Below, in pieces: positions 12,468 through 22,420 of a stretch of 50,534 nt of DNA; within the stretch, counting starts at the first letter, position 1, and every line of letters starts with the position of its first letter. A model generated the notes under the pieces. The model did no database searches. It was not told the DNA's origin and worked only from the letters and a program-made list of their open reading frames with translations. Source of the stretch: Atractiella rhizophila. Taxonomy: Eukaryota. The stretch lies in assembly GCA_021432655.1 (NCBI GenBank), contig MU271267.1, positions 62,001 to 112,534 of the forward strand, given 5' to 3'. The translations under genes were made by a program, and so were the position numbers.

Positions 12468-12720
12468 GTGTGGACCGTCACTTTGCAGGCTGTGGTCAGG
12501 GGCAAGTTGGCCAGAAGCGCGAGGAAGGAAAGAGAGACTGCTCTCAGGGACACCGAGGACGTCATCCCCTTCCTCCAAGCTCACATTCGCGGCGCCCTCG
12601 TCCGTTCTCGACTTGCGAAACTTCGAGGAGCGCTGAGGATGGCGACGAGGGAGACGCAGGCGTTGCAAGCTCTGTTGAAAGGTAAACTGGGTAGGCAGAA
12701 GCATAGGACGATGGTGCAGC
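12468..12720 (+). pseudogene. Isolated fragment with three IQ motifs at 30-aa spacing (IQGAP/Iqg1/Rng2-like)
   Basis: LQAVVRGKLAR, LQAHIRGALVR and LQALLKGKLGR start at aa 6, 36 and 66 of the ORF. No CH or RasGAP domain is nearby. Confidence 0.65.
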
Positions 12721-13329
12721 GATTGTGGAGCGAGGATTATGGCGATTTTGCTATCAAGCCAACACGATCGAGCGACATCGTTCGTCCTCTCCTTCAACGA
12801 ACGACCGCCCTCATGATGGTGAAAACAGGAACGCCTCAGAATCCTGCACCATCTTCTGGCTCATTCGCTTAGGGGAGTGGAGATCGAAGCGCGGGTTGAA
12901 GAACGACGAATGAGGATATCCATCTTCCCTTGTGAGGCCTGCAGTTCGAGGTGAATGAAAGAGGATAGGCGATGGAGAGGAGGAGGACGGAAGTATGGAG
13001 GATGCAGAGCGGTTAGGGATTAATGGCCGAGGACGAGAAAGGGAGAAATGGACAGTAAAGGTGGTCCAATTCGCTGGATGTCATTCGTGAGTTATTCCGC
13101 CTCTACCATCCCTTACATGCAGACTTCCCTCGAACCACGGCTGAAAGCGATCAATTCTTTGCTCCATTCTTGGTCTACTTCGACACTTCCGAACGACTCT
13201 GAGTCTAACTCAGTCATCCCTTTGTCCTCCAAGAGTAAGCCATCTATTCGCTAAGGATAGTTCCATCATCCCTGCCACCTCACACAATAACAGTCATCAC
13301 CGCAGGTACGTACGCTTTTCTTTCAAACT

Positions 13330-13767
13330 GCTTCTTGATTCCAACTTGTCCATCAGCCAGATTCAACGTCCGTTCCCCAAATTGCTCCGTCGAATCGCCC
13401 ATTCATTCACAGAAGGTCAATTCTCGACGTCCAAACGAACCAGATGTCCTCCACTCTGACTTCGCAGTTCTCCGCATCGAATAAAGGCATGCCACACACT
13501 TCTATCCCCATTAACGAAGCGATACATCAATTTCGCCATTCTCTACGAAGTGTTTATCCAGGTCGTCTCACAGCTCAAAGTTTGGCACTCGGTTCACCTT
13601 CTTTGACAATCCTCGTCACAGCTTCGATCCCGTCAAGAGGAGGAGGTAAGGAGGAAGTTAAGTGAAGCTGATGACACCACCCAGGCATGATTTCATCTCC
13701 TGCTTTGGCTTTCTTCGTCTCATCCAACATGGGTTATGGATTCTAGTTTGCTGCCTCTGCTCGAACA
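13330..13767 (+). promoter_or_regulatory. Conserved ~430-bp upstream block (putative promoter/5'UTR) of the F-box/LRR genes
   Basis: Anchor tcttgattccaact at 13333, 19282 and 47832, each about 410-435 bp before the start. Variants of caggcatgatttcatctcc lie ~80 bp before the start in copies B, D, E, F and H. Function is inferred from position only. Confidence 0.45.
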
Positions 13768-15423
13768 ATGACGGAGCAGCAAACAGCTGGCCTTTACCGC
13801 GGCTCTCGTGCACCAAACTTGACGGCACTTGTCCATGTCATCACCCCACGCTACATGTCATCGATCCACGTGTCCATTCTTCCCTCTTTCCTAACTTGCC
13901 TCCCTGCATCAATTCACACGCTCCAGATTTCCTTTACCTTATCGCGATCATTGGGGAGGTGGGAACTTGAAGAGATGTCATCAAAATTGTCTTATTTATC
14001 ACTTGAGCAGGTCAAAAATGGACTCCACAACGATGGTACAATCAACCTTCACATTACTATCGACGCCGAAAGTGTCTCAGTAACCTTTTTTGACGTTGAA
14101 GGTCAAGCGTCGACTGTCGAAAGAGACCTCAAATCAGAGGTCGATCCGCTTGCTTCATATGGGGATTCATATACTCACACATTTCCTTTCTTTCGCGAGA
14201 ATGCCATATTCGCCCCCATTGCCTCATACTCCCAACATGAAGAACGCTTCCTCCCCGTCAGTGAGGACGAATCGTCACCCCTCCCATCCCTACCAACAAT
14301 TAGCATCATCCAACTCTCTGTCCCACCTCCAGACGCTATTCCATTCTCCATCTCGTGCTTGCCTGTGGAGCTCCTCTCTCTCATATTTAGTTTCTTCGAC
14401 AATGCTTCCACTGTCTCTGACGTATCCAAGCTCTGGAGGGAAGTTTCAGCTCCTTATTGGGGTGAACCTGATTCTGTGGTGGAAAAGTATGAGCGGTTGA
14501 AACGCTATCCTGGTGCTGGACGACTGTGGGACAGGCTGCTATTGGACGAAAGCATGGATGTTGGGATGGCGAAAGAGGTCATCGCAGGCTCGCCGGGTGT
14601 GACGATGGTGCGAACCGATGCATTTTGGAACGAAGAGGAGGCGAAGATTGTGTTGAACGCAATCGAACGCTTGAAACGGGTGGATGATGTCATGTTTGGA
14701 AGTGGTTCTAGAAAGTGGAGGAAGGAGGAAATCGAGACCTTTACGCGGAGGATGGGTGACAGGATCAGATTGCTCACAGTCGACGACGTGGAGGACTCTC
14801 CCGTTTCAACTTCAGCAGGCCTTTACTTATCATCTCGCCTCGAACACCTAGACCTCTACAACTACCTGCTTCTCCCGTCGCTCTTTCTCCCACACACTCT
14901 CCTCTATCTGTGTCTCTCCGATCTATGTCCTCTCCCTTCCTCCATCGCAGATTATCCTCTGCCACCTCTTCTGGAACAACTCACACTCGTGCTGACCCCC
15001 TTATCCGCTGATGGAAAGACGTCTGTCCTACCCACTCCGTTCGACTTGTCACACCTCACGCACCTCACCGCCATAAGCCTTGACGGGGGCGAAGAAACCA
15101 CAAACCTCGTTTCCCGCGAGTTCTTCAGCACCCTCAAAAATGCAACGGCGATATACCGGATAATACTCCGGTACTGTGTGGTGTCCTCGCTTGATTTCCC
15201 GGACTTCATCCGCTGGTTCTTTGGGGATTGGCAAGCAAGGGGAGCTGATAGAGGGGATCAGGAAGATGGGGGAAAGATGGACCGTCACCTCGAGGTTCGT
15301 TTATTCTTTGGAGAGTGGAGCGAGGAGGAAATTGTGATCGCGCGGAGGACGATAGGAGAATGCACAACGGGTGAAACGAGGCGGCGTTCAGGTGTTTGGG
15401 AGCCTGGGGAAGGGGACGTGTAG
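13768..15423 (+). CDS. F-box-like/LRR protein, copy B (551 aa, intact, intronless)
   Basis: Uninterrupted ATG-TAG ORF. F-box-like ISCLPVELLSLIFSFF..VSDVSKLWREV near aa 195-230, followed by LRR-like units (LEHLDL, LPHTLLYLCL, LPPLLEQLTL, LTHLTAISLDGG). Confidence 0.85.
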   Translation: MTEQQTAGLYRGSRAPNLTALVHVITPRYMSSIHVSILPSFLTCLPASIHTLQISFTLSRSLGRWELEEMSSKLSYLSLEQVKNGLHNDGTINLHITIDAESVSVTFFDVEGQASTVERDLKSEVDPLASYGDSYTHTFPFFRENAIFAPIASYSQHEERFLPVSEDESSPLPSLPTISIIQLSVPPPDAIPFSISCLPVELLSLIFSFFDNASTVSDVSKLWREVSAPYWGEPDSVVEKYERLKRYPGAGRLWDRLLLDESMDVGMAKEVIAGSPGVTMVRTDAFWNEEEAKIVLNAIERLKRVDDVMFGSGSRKWRKEEIETFTRRMGDRIRLLTVDDVEDSPVSTSAGLYLSSRLEHLDLYNYLLLPSLFLPHTLLYLCLSDLCPLPSSIADYPLPPLLEQLTLVLTPLSADGKTSVLPTPFDLSHLTHLTAISLDGGEETTNLVSREFFSTLKNATAIYRIILRYCVVSSLDFPDFIRWFFGDWQARGADRGDQEDGGKMDRHLEVRLFFGEWSEEEIVIARRTIGECTTGETRRRSGVWEPGEGDV

Positions 15424-16330
15424 TCGTGAGGGCGCAACGGGGCTTGACGCCGGATTCCGGACTGCTCACTCTCACTCTCAGTACTCGACGACAGTTTGTG
15501 GACAAGACAGAACCCTCTTCTCCGACCATGCTACCATTTAGTTTGCGACGATTTGGGATTGTACCAGATACCGGCCATCAACTGCTGCACAGGGCAACAG
15601 AGAGTGGCACCTTGCCGCGAATCCGAAATCAAACATCATTCACGCCGCTGGCATCGTGGGTGAAAGGGAAGAGGACCCTTGTTTTTCTTAGGATCGAGTC
15701 CAAAGGATTAAAGGTAGTGCGTCTGTAGGGGATTTTAAACGTATGTTGTTCAAAGAACAACCGTGATCGAAAGGAAGGACGTCTGCTTCACCTGTTGATG
15801 CTTTGGATGGCTAGAGTTCCTTACTGTTGCCTTACATCTAAGTTGAATAATGTAGATGGTCCATAGAACTTTGGACTGAGCCAGTGCCCCTCCCCTCACT
15901 TGCGAGGCGCGCTCTTTGCCTGTTATATAATATTTCTACCAAGCTACATCAAATCTACTCTGTCGAATTGAGAGACGAAGAGTCAAGTTGAAGATATAGC
16001 AGGCTCTGCCCGCATCGAGTCACCGTTTGATGTGACATCGCCAAAGTAAAGCTTCAAAACTTGTGCGGGATAGCAACATGCGAGTTGTGCTCGATAAATG
16101 ATCCCTCAGCTGCTTCGGTAACAGCATTACGGTGTTGAACATAAGATGAAATCGGCGTGCATAGTTGCATACATACAGACATAACCCCATCCAATGATCG
16201 TCATAACTCACTTCTTAGTGATCTTTCATGACCTCTACCATCAGACCGCCCCCATTCACACCAATTCCCTCCACACTTAGCAGCTCCATAAACCCGAAGA
16301 GAGGACGTACCTGGAGGGAAACTCTGCTTG
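15424..16330 (+). repeat. 3'-flank segmental duplication shared with ~41443-42235
   Basis: Near-identical text (gtcgtga.ggc.caacgggg...gaataatgtagatggtccatagaactttggactgagccagtgcc...) follows copies B and G2. Confidence 0.85.
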
Positions 16331-17054
16331 AGCAAACACGGGAGTCTAAGGTATTTCGAGGATCGGATCTTGGACGTGGTGACCGGCGGAATCGAGGGCT
16401 TTGGAGATCTTGGTGGTGGAGGCGACTGAGGCTTTGGCGTTTACGCGGAGATATGTGCGCTTTATGCGAGCAGCTGCATTGTGGTGTTACCGGTTGTATA
16501 TGTAGGCGAGGGGGAAGGAAGGACCTTTGGCATCTTTCGTTGAGCAATTCGAGGAGCGTGTGCTGGAGATTCCTATACGCACAAAATGGCAAACGCAAAC
16601 TGCTCAATCTCTTTAATTCCCCCTTCGTCACCAATCTAATGTCAACTCACAAGAGAGCAGAAGTCTTCCGAGGCTAACTTGAGTTCCCACTGGCAAAATC
16701 TTCAAAAGGGTATGCACCGTACTGTCTACTCCTCCCGATTATTCTTGCTCTAATCATTTTGACATGATGTCCATGAAGCTGTCATGAGCTTTGGAAGTCG
16801 ATGATCGGTGAGGGAGTGCGGGATGAGTGGAGCGGCTAACTTTGCAGCGCGGAAAGCGGGATCAACAAACGAGATCGACGACGTCATTCAAGCACTCGAA
16901 ATCCGACGACGCGTTGCTCCTGCATCAGAGTCACAGCGCCCAGCTCACCCAGCGCCTCCCTCGATTCGCCTCTCTGCACACTCAAATCTCCTACATATTC
17001 TATGCTGTCTCCTTCGCCTTCACTTTCGCTCTCGACATGTCTCACCTGACGTAC

Positions 17055-17749
17055 CAGTGCTCCCACCATTACACTATAATGGTAGGGTCCGTAATGGTAG
17101 GGTCTTCTAATGTCAAAGTTAGCACTATAAGTGTAATGTCAACGCAAAAAATATTATAAAATGCTGTTAATGTTAATGTCATTACATTATAAGGCATATA
17201 AGGATTAAAATGCCGTTCAAATATGGAAAGAGAAGATATGAGGTTCTAACCTCATAAAAACCCATAGGAACCATGTCTTCTATCAAGCATAATGGAAACT
17301 AAGACCTTTCACATTGTTCTAAGCGAATTCTGGCTGCTCTTACCTTTGCGACAGTCATTTAGCCATTCTGCAACCTTAAAAAGGGCGAAATAATGCATAA
17401 TGTCAGCGCTGGAGCTATGTCCACAACAATTCACAAGTATTAAAGTATTTGAAAGCCATTTTTGGTCGGACTTTCTGAAGATGCATCTGCAAAATTAATG
17501 TCATTTTAGGCATTATAAGCATTACTTTGTCACATTTTCATCAGTTTTAGGCTGCTACAAGGACTTTTACAGCCCAAAGCATTATAAGCATTGTAAGCAT
17601 TAGTAACATTATGTTCACTCAGGCGTTAATGTAAATGTCATTACTCAAGTAAGGTGAGTAGTGATGGAAACATTAACTTATAATTTAATGTGTTTAACAT
17701 TAATTACTCGGCATTAACCACTACCCGTAATGTAGTGGTGGGAGCGCTG
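17055..17749. mobile_element. hAT-type MITE (695 bp, AT-rich, non-coding)
   Basis: Imperfect TIRs: CAGTGCTCCCACCATTACA versus reverse-complemented CAGCGCTCCCACCACTACA. 8-bp TSD TGACGTAC at 17047-17054 and 17750-17757. Many TAATG repeats on the left and CATTA repeats on the right. It interrupts module M. Confidence 0.9.
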
Positions 17750-19559
17750 TGACGTACCCAGTTGCTCCCAACGAGTGCACGAAGTGGATCTACTAGAGCC
17801 ACAGAGCCAACTCCACAGGAGCTATCCCGCTCTTCTGTCTCCTTCCTCCTTCCTTATTATCCGGATAGAGCAGCTGGAGCATTCTTGCCAACAAGATGAT
17901 TTTGAAGATAGCAGAGGACGGTGGAGGGACAGCGAGATGGATTGGTCAATGTGGGCTTGGGGAAGGAGAAGGCGTAGGAGGAAGGCTGGCAGGTTTTTGT
18001 TGGAAGGAGGAGGTGTGCTGAGGAGGAGGGGGTGAGGACCGTAGGAGGTGAGTGGGGGAGAGGAGCTGACGACATCTCACCACGTACCGTCTGTCTGTTC
18101 TTGAGCCTGCAGGGCATCGTTTACCTAATCCCCAGTTTCTCTTAGGACATTTGCATGGACGCCTCTCTCCTCAACGTCCTGTACACCAAAATCCTGCCCT
18201 TTCCCTATCCTCCCTTCTACTTTGACAACTTCGCGAGGAACACGTCGAGCGACACACCTTTCGCTTTTACTATTCATCTGTCCAACTTCCGCCAGTCAGC
18301 TCGCGGGAACCATTCGGGGAAAGGGCTTCGTCATTCTCTAATGTCTTTGTTAGGAGGGTGACCGGCGGGATTCCGGGATTGAGGTGGAGGAGGTGAATTT
18401 CATGGAAAGTGGGAGTAGATGTTGAGATGCGGGGGTGATGTCGAGGAAATGGGAGGTTGAGACGGAGAGGACGAGGAAGGATTGAAGAAGGGTATCAAGG
18501 AGGAAAGGGAGTCGAGATGGGATGTGGCAGGGCAGAGTGTCGGTGTAGCATTAGCACTACTTCTTTGAAAGAGGAGCACTAGCGACGGCGGGGATGGAGA
18601 TGAAACGAGGGTAGAGTGGCTCCCTGATTGCCGAACGATATGGGAGGATAGAACCGGGAGAGTTACGCTAGTCAACTTTGTTGTGTGTCTTCCCTACTTT
18701 TACACTCCTTCCTCTTCACAACGCTGATACCAAGCGAAGCGGTGGTATAGGACGAGGGATGTGGGTGTGGACATTGTCAAAGCTTTGCTAGGTTGATCAA
18801 AGCGGAACGACTGGCATAAACGGTGCTGGATGTCCACAGAATACTCACAGCTGTGCCAATCTGTGCCAGGGTGAGAGTGTCAAAAGACGAAACCTCGCAT
18901 AGTTCGTACGCCTTCTTCTCCTAGAATAGGAGGAGATTGATGACGGCGACTGAACTCACATGCTGGACAAACTGACTAGACTCGCATCTTCGACAGAGAG
19001 CACAGCCTATGTTTATGTTGCCAGTGTCCTTCGAGCTTCAAACGTTACTCGCACATCAACGTACTACACTATATCAACGCACAAAACAGTCTCATACGCC
19101 AACTCGGAATGCAGGACTTCAGTTCTCCTCCCCTCCATCCGTCGTCCTCTTTCATTCGCTTCCGCCTTCCCAACTGCAAGAGATTGTCATTCACTATTCT
19201 TCTTTCCGCACTTCCCTGTTCCCTCTCTCAAGCGAGTGAAATTGAAGGTTACCAACGCCATTCCCTTCGAATGGGACTCTTTCTTGATTCCAACTTGCCC
19301 AAACCATCGTCCGTTCCCCACATCCTCTGCTTCGTTCGTTCACAGACGGTTAATTCTCTTTGTCCACCACGACCTTCTCTTCGACCTTCTCTTTGAAGTG
19401 GGACGTCCGACATCAATAAAGGCCAACAGGTAAGCGATCCACCGATCGTGCCACTCTCTTGGAGTCTCGAACTGTTCCGCTAGGAAGGCTTGCAGCTCAC
19501 AGTTTGGCCCTCAGTTCGTCTCCTTCCCCAATCTTCACCAAAGTTTGGATCCCGCCAAG

Positions 19560-21335
19560 ATGAGAAGGGTCAGGAGGAGGCTGGAGCCTGCTAATGCAAC
19601 TCAGGCACGACTTCATCCCCCCCGTTTGATTTATTTCTTCTTCTTATCTAACGCGGGTTATGGGCTCCAGTCTATTTTCTCTTCTCAGAGGCTGACGGAG
19701 CAGCGAACATCTAGTCAATGCCAGGACTCTCAGGAACTAGATTCGAGGGCTCTTGTCCATGTTATCTCCCCAAATGTGGTAGCCGATTCCATCCACCTCT
19801 CCATCCTTCCTTCTTTTCTATCACGCCTGCCACCATCAATTCACACGCTCCGGATTTCGTGTAGCTTATGTCGCCCAACGGGGGGAAGGTGGTGGTATTT
19901 TTACATGTCCGCAAGATTTTCGTATTTATCACTTGAGCGGGTCGAAAATGCGGTCGACAAGGATGGCGTAATCAATCTTCACATTACAGTCAACTGGGAT
20001 AATGTCACAGTAACCTTTTTGGAGGTCGAAAGACATGGGTCGACCCTCGAAAGGGATGTCAAATCAGACATCGATTTGCTAGATTCATATCCATGTTGCA
20101 CTTGGACCTTTCCACTATTGCTAGAGAATGCGATCTTCACCCCAGTAGCTTCATACTCGGAACAAAAAGGACGCTTCATCCCCATCGTCGACATTGAGTC
20201 GTCATCCCTCCCATCCCCTCAGCCACGTAGCATCATCCAAGTCTCCGCACCACCTCTAGATGTTGTTCCATGCTCCATCGCGAGCTTGCCTGTCGAGCTT
20301 CTTTCTCTCATATTCAGTTTCCTCGATCCCTACTGTGTTTCCATTCTCTCCTGCGTGTGCAAGCTCTGGAGGGATGTTTCAGCTCCTTATGATCCCGAGC
20401 CATTTTCTCTGACGGAAAAATGTGTGCGATTGAAATGCAATCCTGGTGCCGGACGATTGTGGAACAAACTGAGATTTGTCGAAAGTATGGATGTTGGGAT
20501 GGTGACAAAGGTCATCGCAGGCTCGCCGAATGTCACGCAAGTGGACATGGCTGCAATTTGGAATGTAGAGGAGGCGAAGATTGTGTTGAACGCAATCGAA
20601 GGCTTGAAACGGGTGGATGACGTCACATTTGCAGGTTCGAGAAAGTGGAGGAAGGAGGAGATTGAGAACTTTGTGCAGAGGATGGGTGACAGGATCAGAT
20701 GGCTCGATGTTCGCGACGTGGAGGACTCTCCCGCTTCAGCCTCAGAAAGCCTTCACTTATCATCTCGTCTCGAATACCTAAACCTTAGAAAGTACCCGCC
20801 TCCGTCATCGCCCTCCCTCCCACACACCCTCAAGCACCTCGAACTCTGGAATATGTGTCCACTCCCTTCCTCCATCTCAGACTGCCCTCTGCCACCTCTT
20901 CTGGAATATCTCACCATCAGGCTCGCCCCATTCTCCGCCTATGGAAAGACCTCCATCCTACCCGCTCCGTTCGACTTCTCACACCTTACACACCTCACCA
21001 CCCTGGTCCTTGACGGGGGCGAAGAAACGTCAGGCCTCGTTTCCCGCGAGTTCTTCAGCACCCTCACAAATGCAACGGCGATACGCTATATGACGCTCTG
21101 GTACTGTGTGGTGGATTCATTCGACTTCCCAGACTTCATCCGCTGGTTCTTTGGGCATCGGCCGGTGAGCGGACTTGAGAAGGTTCACGAAGTGAACCTG
21201 GTACTTGTTGTTCGGTTGTTCTTTGGAGAGTGGCACGAGGAGGACATCACCTCTGCAAGGATGACCATGGGGGAGTACACAAGGAGCAAGAGCTCAGGTG
21301 TTTGGGAGTCTGGGGAGCTGGAGAAGCACCGGTAG
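19560..21335 (+). CDS. F-box-like/LRR protein, copy C (open frame; the family start ATG is CTG at 19692, with an upstream in-frame ATG at 19560)
   Basis: No stops or frameshifts. SIASLPVELLSLIFSFLD...VCKLWRDV followed by LRR units; ends GVWESGELEKHR*. Confidence 0.75.
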   Translation: MRRVRRRLEPANATQARLHPPRLIYFFFLSNAGYGLQSIFSSQRLTEQRTSSQCQDSQELDSRALVHVISPNVVADSIHLSILPSFLSRLPPSIHTLRISCSLCRPTGGRWWYFYMSARFSYLSLERVENAVDKDGVINLHITVNWDNVTVTFLEVERHGSTLERDVKSDIDLLDSYPCCTWTFPLLLENAIFTPVASYSEQKGRFIPIVDIESSSLPSPQPRSIIQVSAPPLDVVPCSIASLPVELLSLIFSFLDPYCVSILSCVCKLWRDVSAPYDPEPFSLTEKCVRLKCNPGAGRLWNKLRFVESMDVGMVTKVIAGSPNVTQVDMAAIWNVEEAKIVLNAIEGLKRVDDVTFAGSRKWRKEEIENFVQRMGDRIRWLDVRDVEDSPASASESLHLSSRLEYLNLRKYPPPSSPSLPHTLKHLELWNMCPLPSSISDCPLPPLLEYLTIRLAPFSAYGKTSILPAPFDFSHLTHLTTLVLDGGEETSGLVSREFFSTLTNATAIRYMTLWYCVVDSFDFPDFIRWFFGHRPVSGLEKVHEVNLVLVVRLFFGEWHEEDITSARMTMGEYTRSKSSGVWESGELEKHR

Positions 21336-21815
21336 TGATAGGAGGCATTGTTCCATTCAAGCTCCAAATACGAGGTGGCTGGGTTTAGCTTTTCTGCGTG
21401 TTTCTACACAACATAGAATGAGTCCGCTAATCTCGTCATCCTTTCTGAAGACCTACTGTCCTCCCCTTCGCAGAACTCGTTCACATTCTGTTCTGAGTCC
21501 GAATGCGAACCCTCCCCCGGCGCCTCAACACGCCGCTCTCAACCCTCGACGCCTTCATAACATTCAACACCTCCCCGACCCTATTCTTCCTTGCTTAATG
21601 CGATACTCTGCTCCGCCATGCTGTCGTGCCTCTGTTGTCTTAGATGGAAGAGGTGCTTTGAGAGAATTGCACATTCTCTTTTGTAAAGGGGTAGCTGGAC
21701 TAGGAGAGCTGAAAGAGCGGAGGATGCTGGACGTTCTTTTGGAGAGGATGAAGGAGAGAACCAGAGACAGAGCGGCGTAAGTCCAGTGCGCGTGCGCCGT
21801 TGCTACTCCGTGAAT

Positions 21816-22420
21816 CTGTAGGCAGTTGCTGCAATCAAACGATCTGAATAGTAGAACGTTAATACCATCGCAAAGAAAGGGGAGGAACGAGGACTTAGCT
21901 CGATAGATGAACCTTTGTGACCACAGCATTCTCTCCCGTTCCAGGATCCCACGAGAGCGTAATATTCTTCTTCCTCCTACTCAAAATCTCATAGTCTTAC
22001 GATCTGTTCTAAGACCTCATCCAGCTTTCCCTCCGCAAGCGAGCCAATTCGAGAGCATAGTGGTTGTTGAGATCAATGGAACTCGTCCTCTGCTGGCTTA
22101 CTCTCCACCTCACTCCCACCTATTTGAGCTTTTCTCCACTGCCTCCGTACTCCCTTTGGCCGTAGCCACAGATAGGCATCTTGGAGTGCGCTGTGTGCTC
22201 GCTCACTTGCTTGAGCGTGAAAGGTGATAGTACGGAGGAGCATGGCGACAGAAGAACCTTTCTAGCCGGCAGGAGGTGTACAGCGCTGCAGTCAGGAGTA
22301 GAGTACCCGAAGGAGTCCGAAGGAGAAGATGGAAGCCAGAGGAAGGTCGAGGCGAGGCGGGATGGGAGACGGGGAGCGGCTAACTCGGATGTGGCGGAGG
22401 ATCAACTACGTCATTCAACT
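21816..22420 (-). pseudogene. HSP104: Hsp104 5' fragment, copy 2
   Basis: VESKPAEDEF...NHYALELARL/AEGKLDEVL...ILSRRKKNITLSWDPGTGENAVV. The intron donor is mutated to CTAAGT; the acceptor CTACAG is retained. Confidence 0.7.

Noticed and set aside
14175..15529. Recurrent antisense ORFs over each F-box copy (e.g. ILSPILR...IAFNTIFASSSFQNA)
   Set aside because: They are shadows of the conserved sense CDS, with inconsistent starts and lengths between copies.
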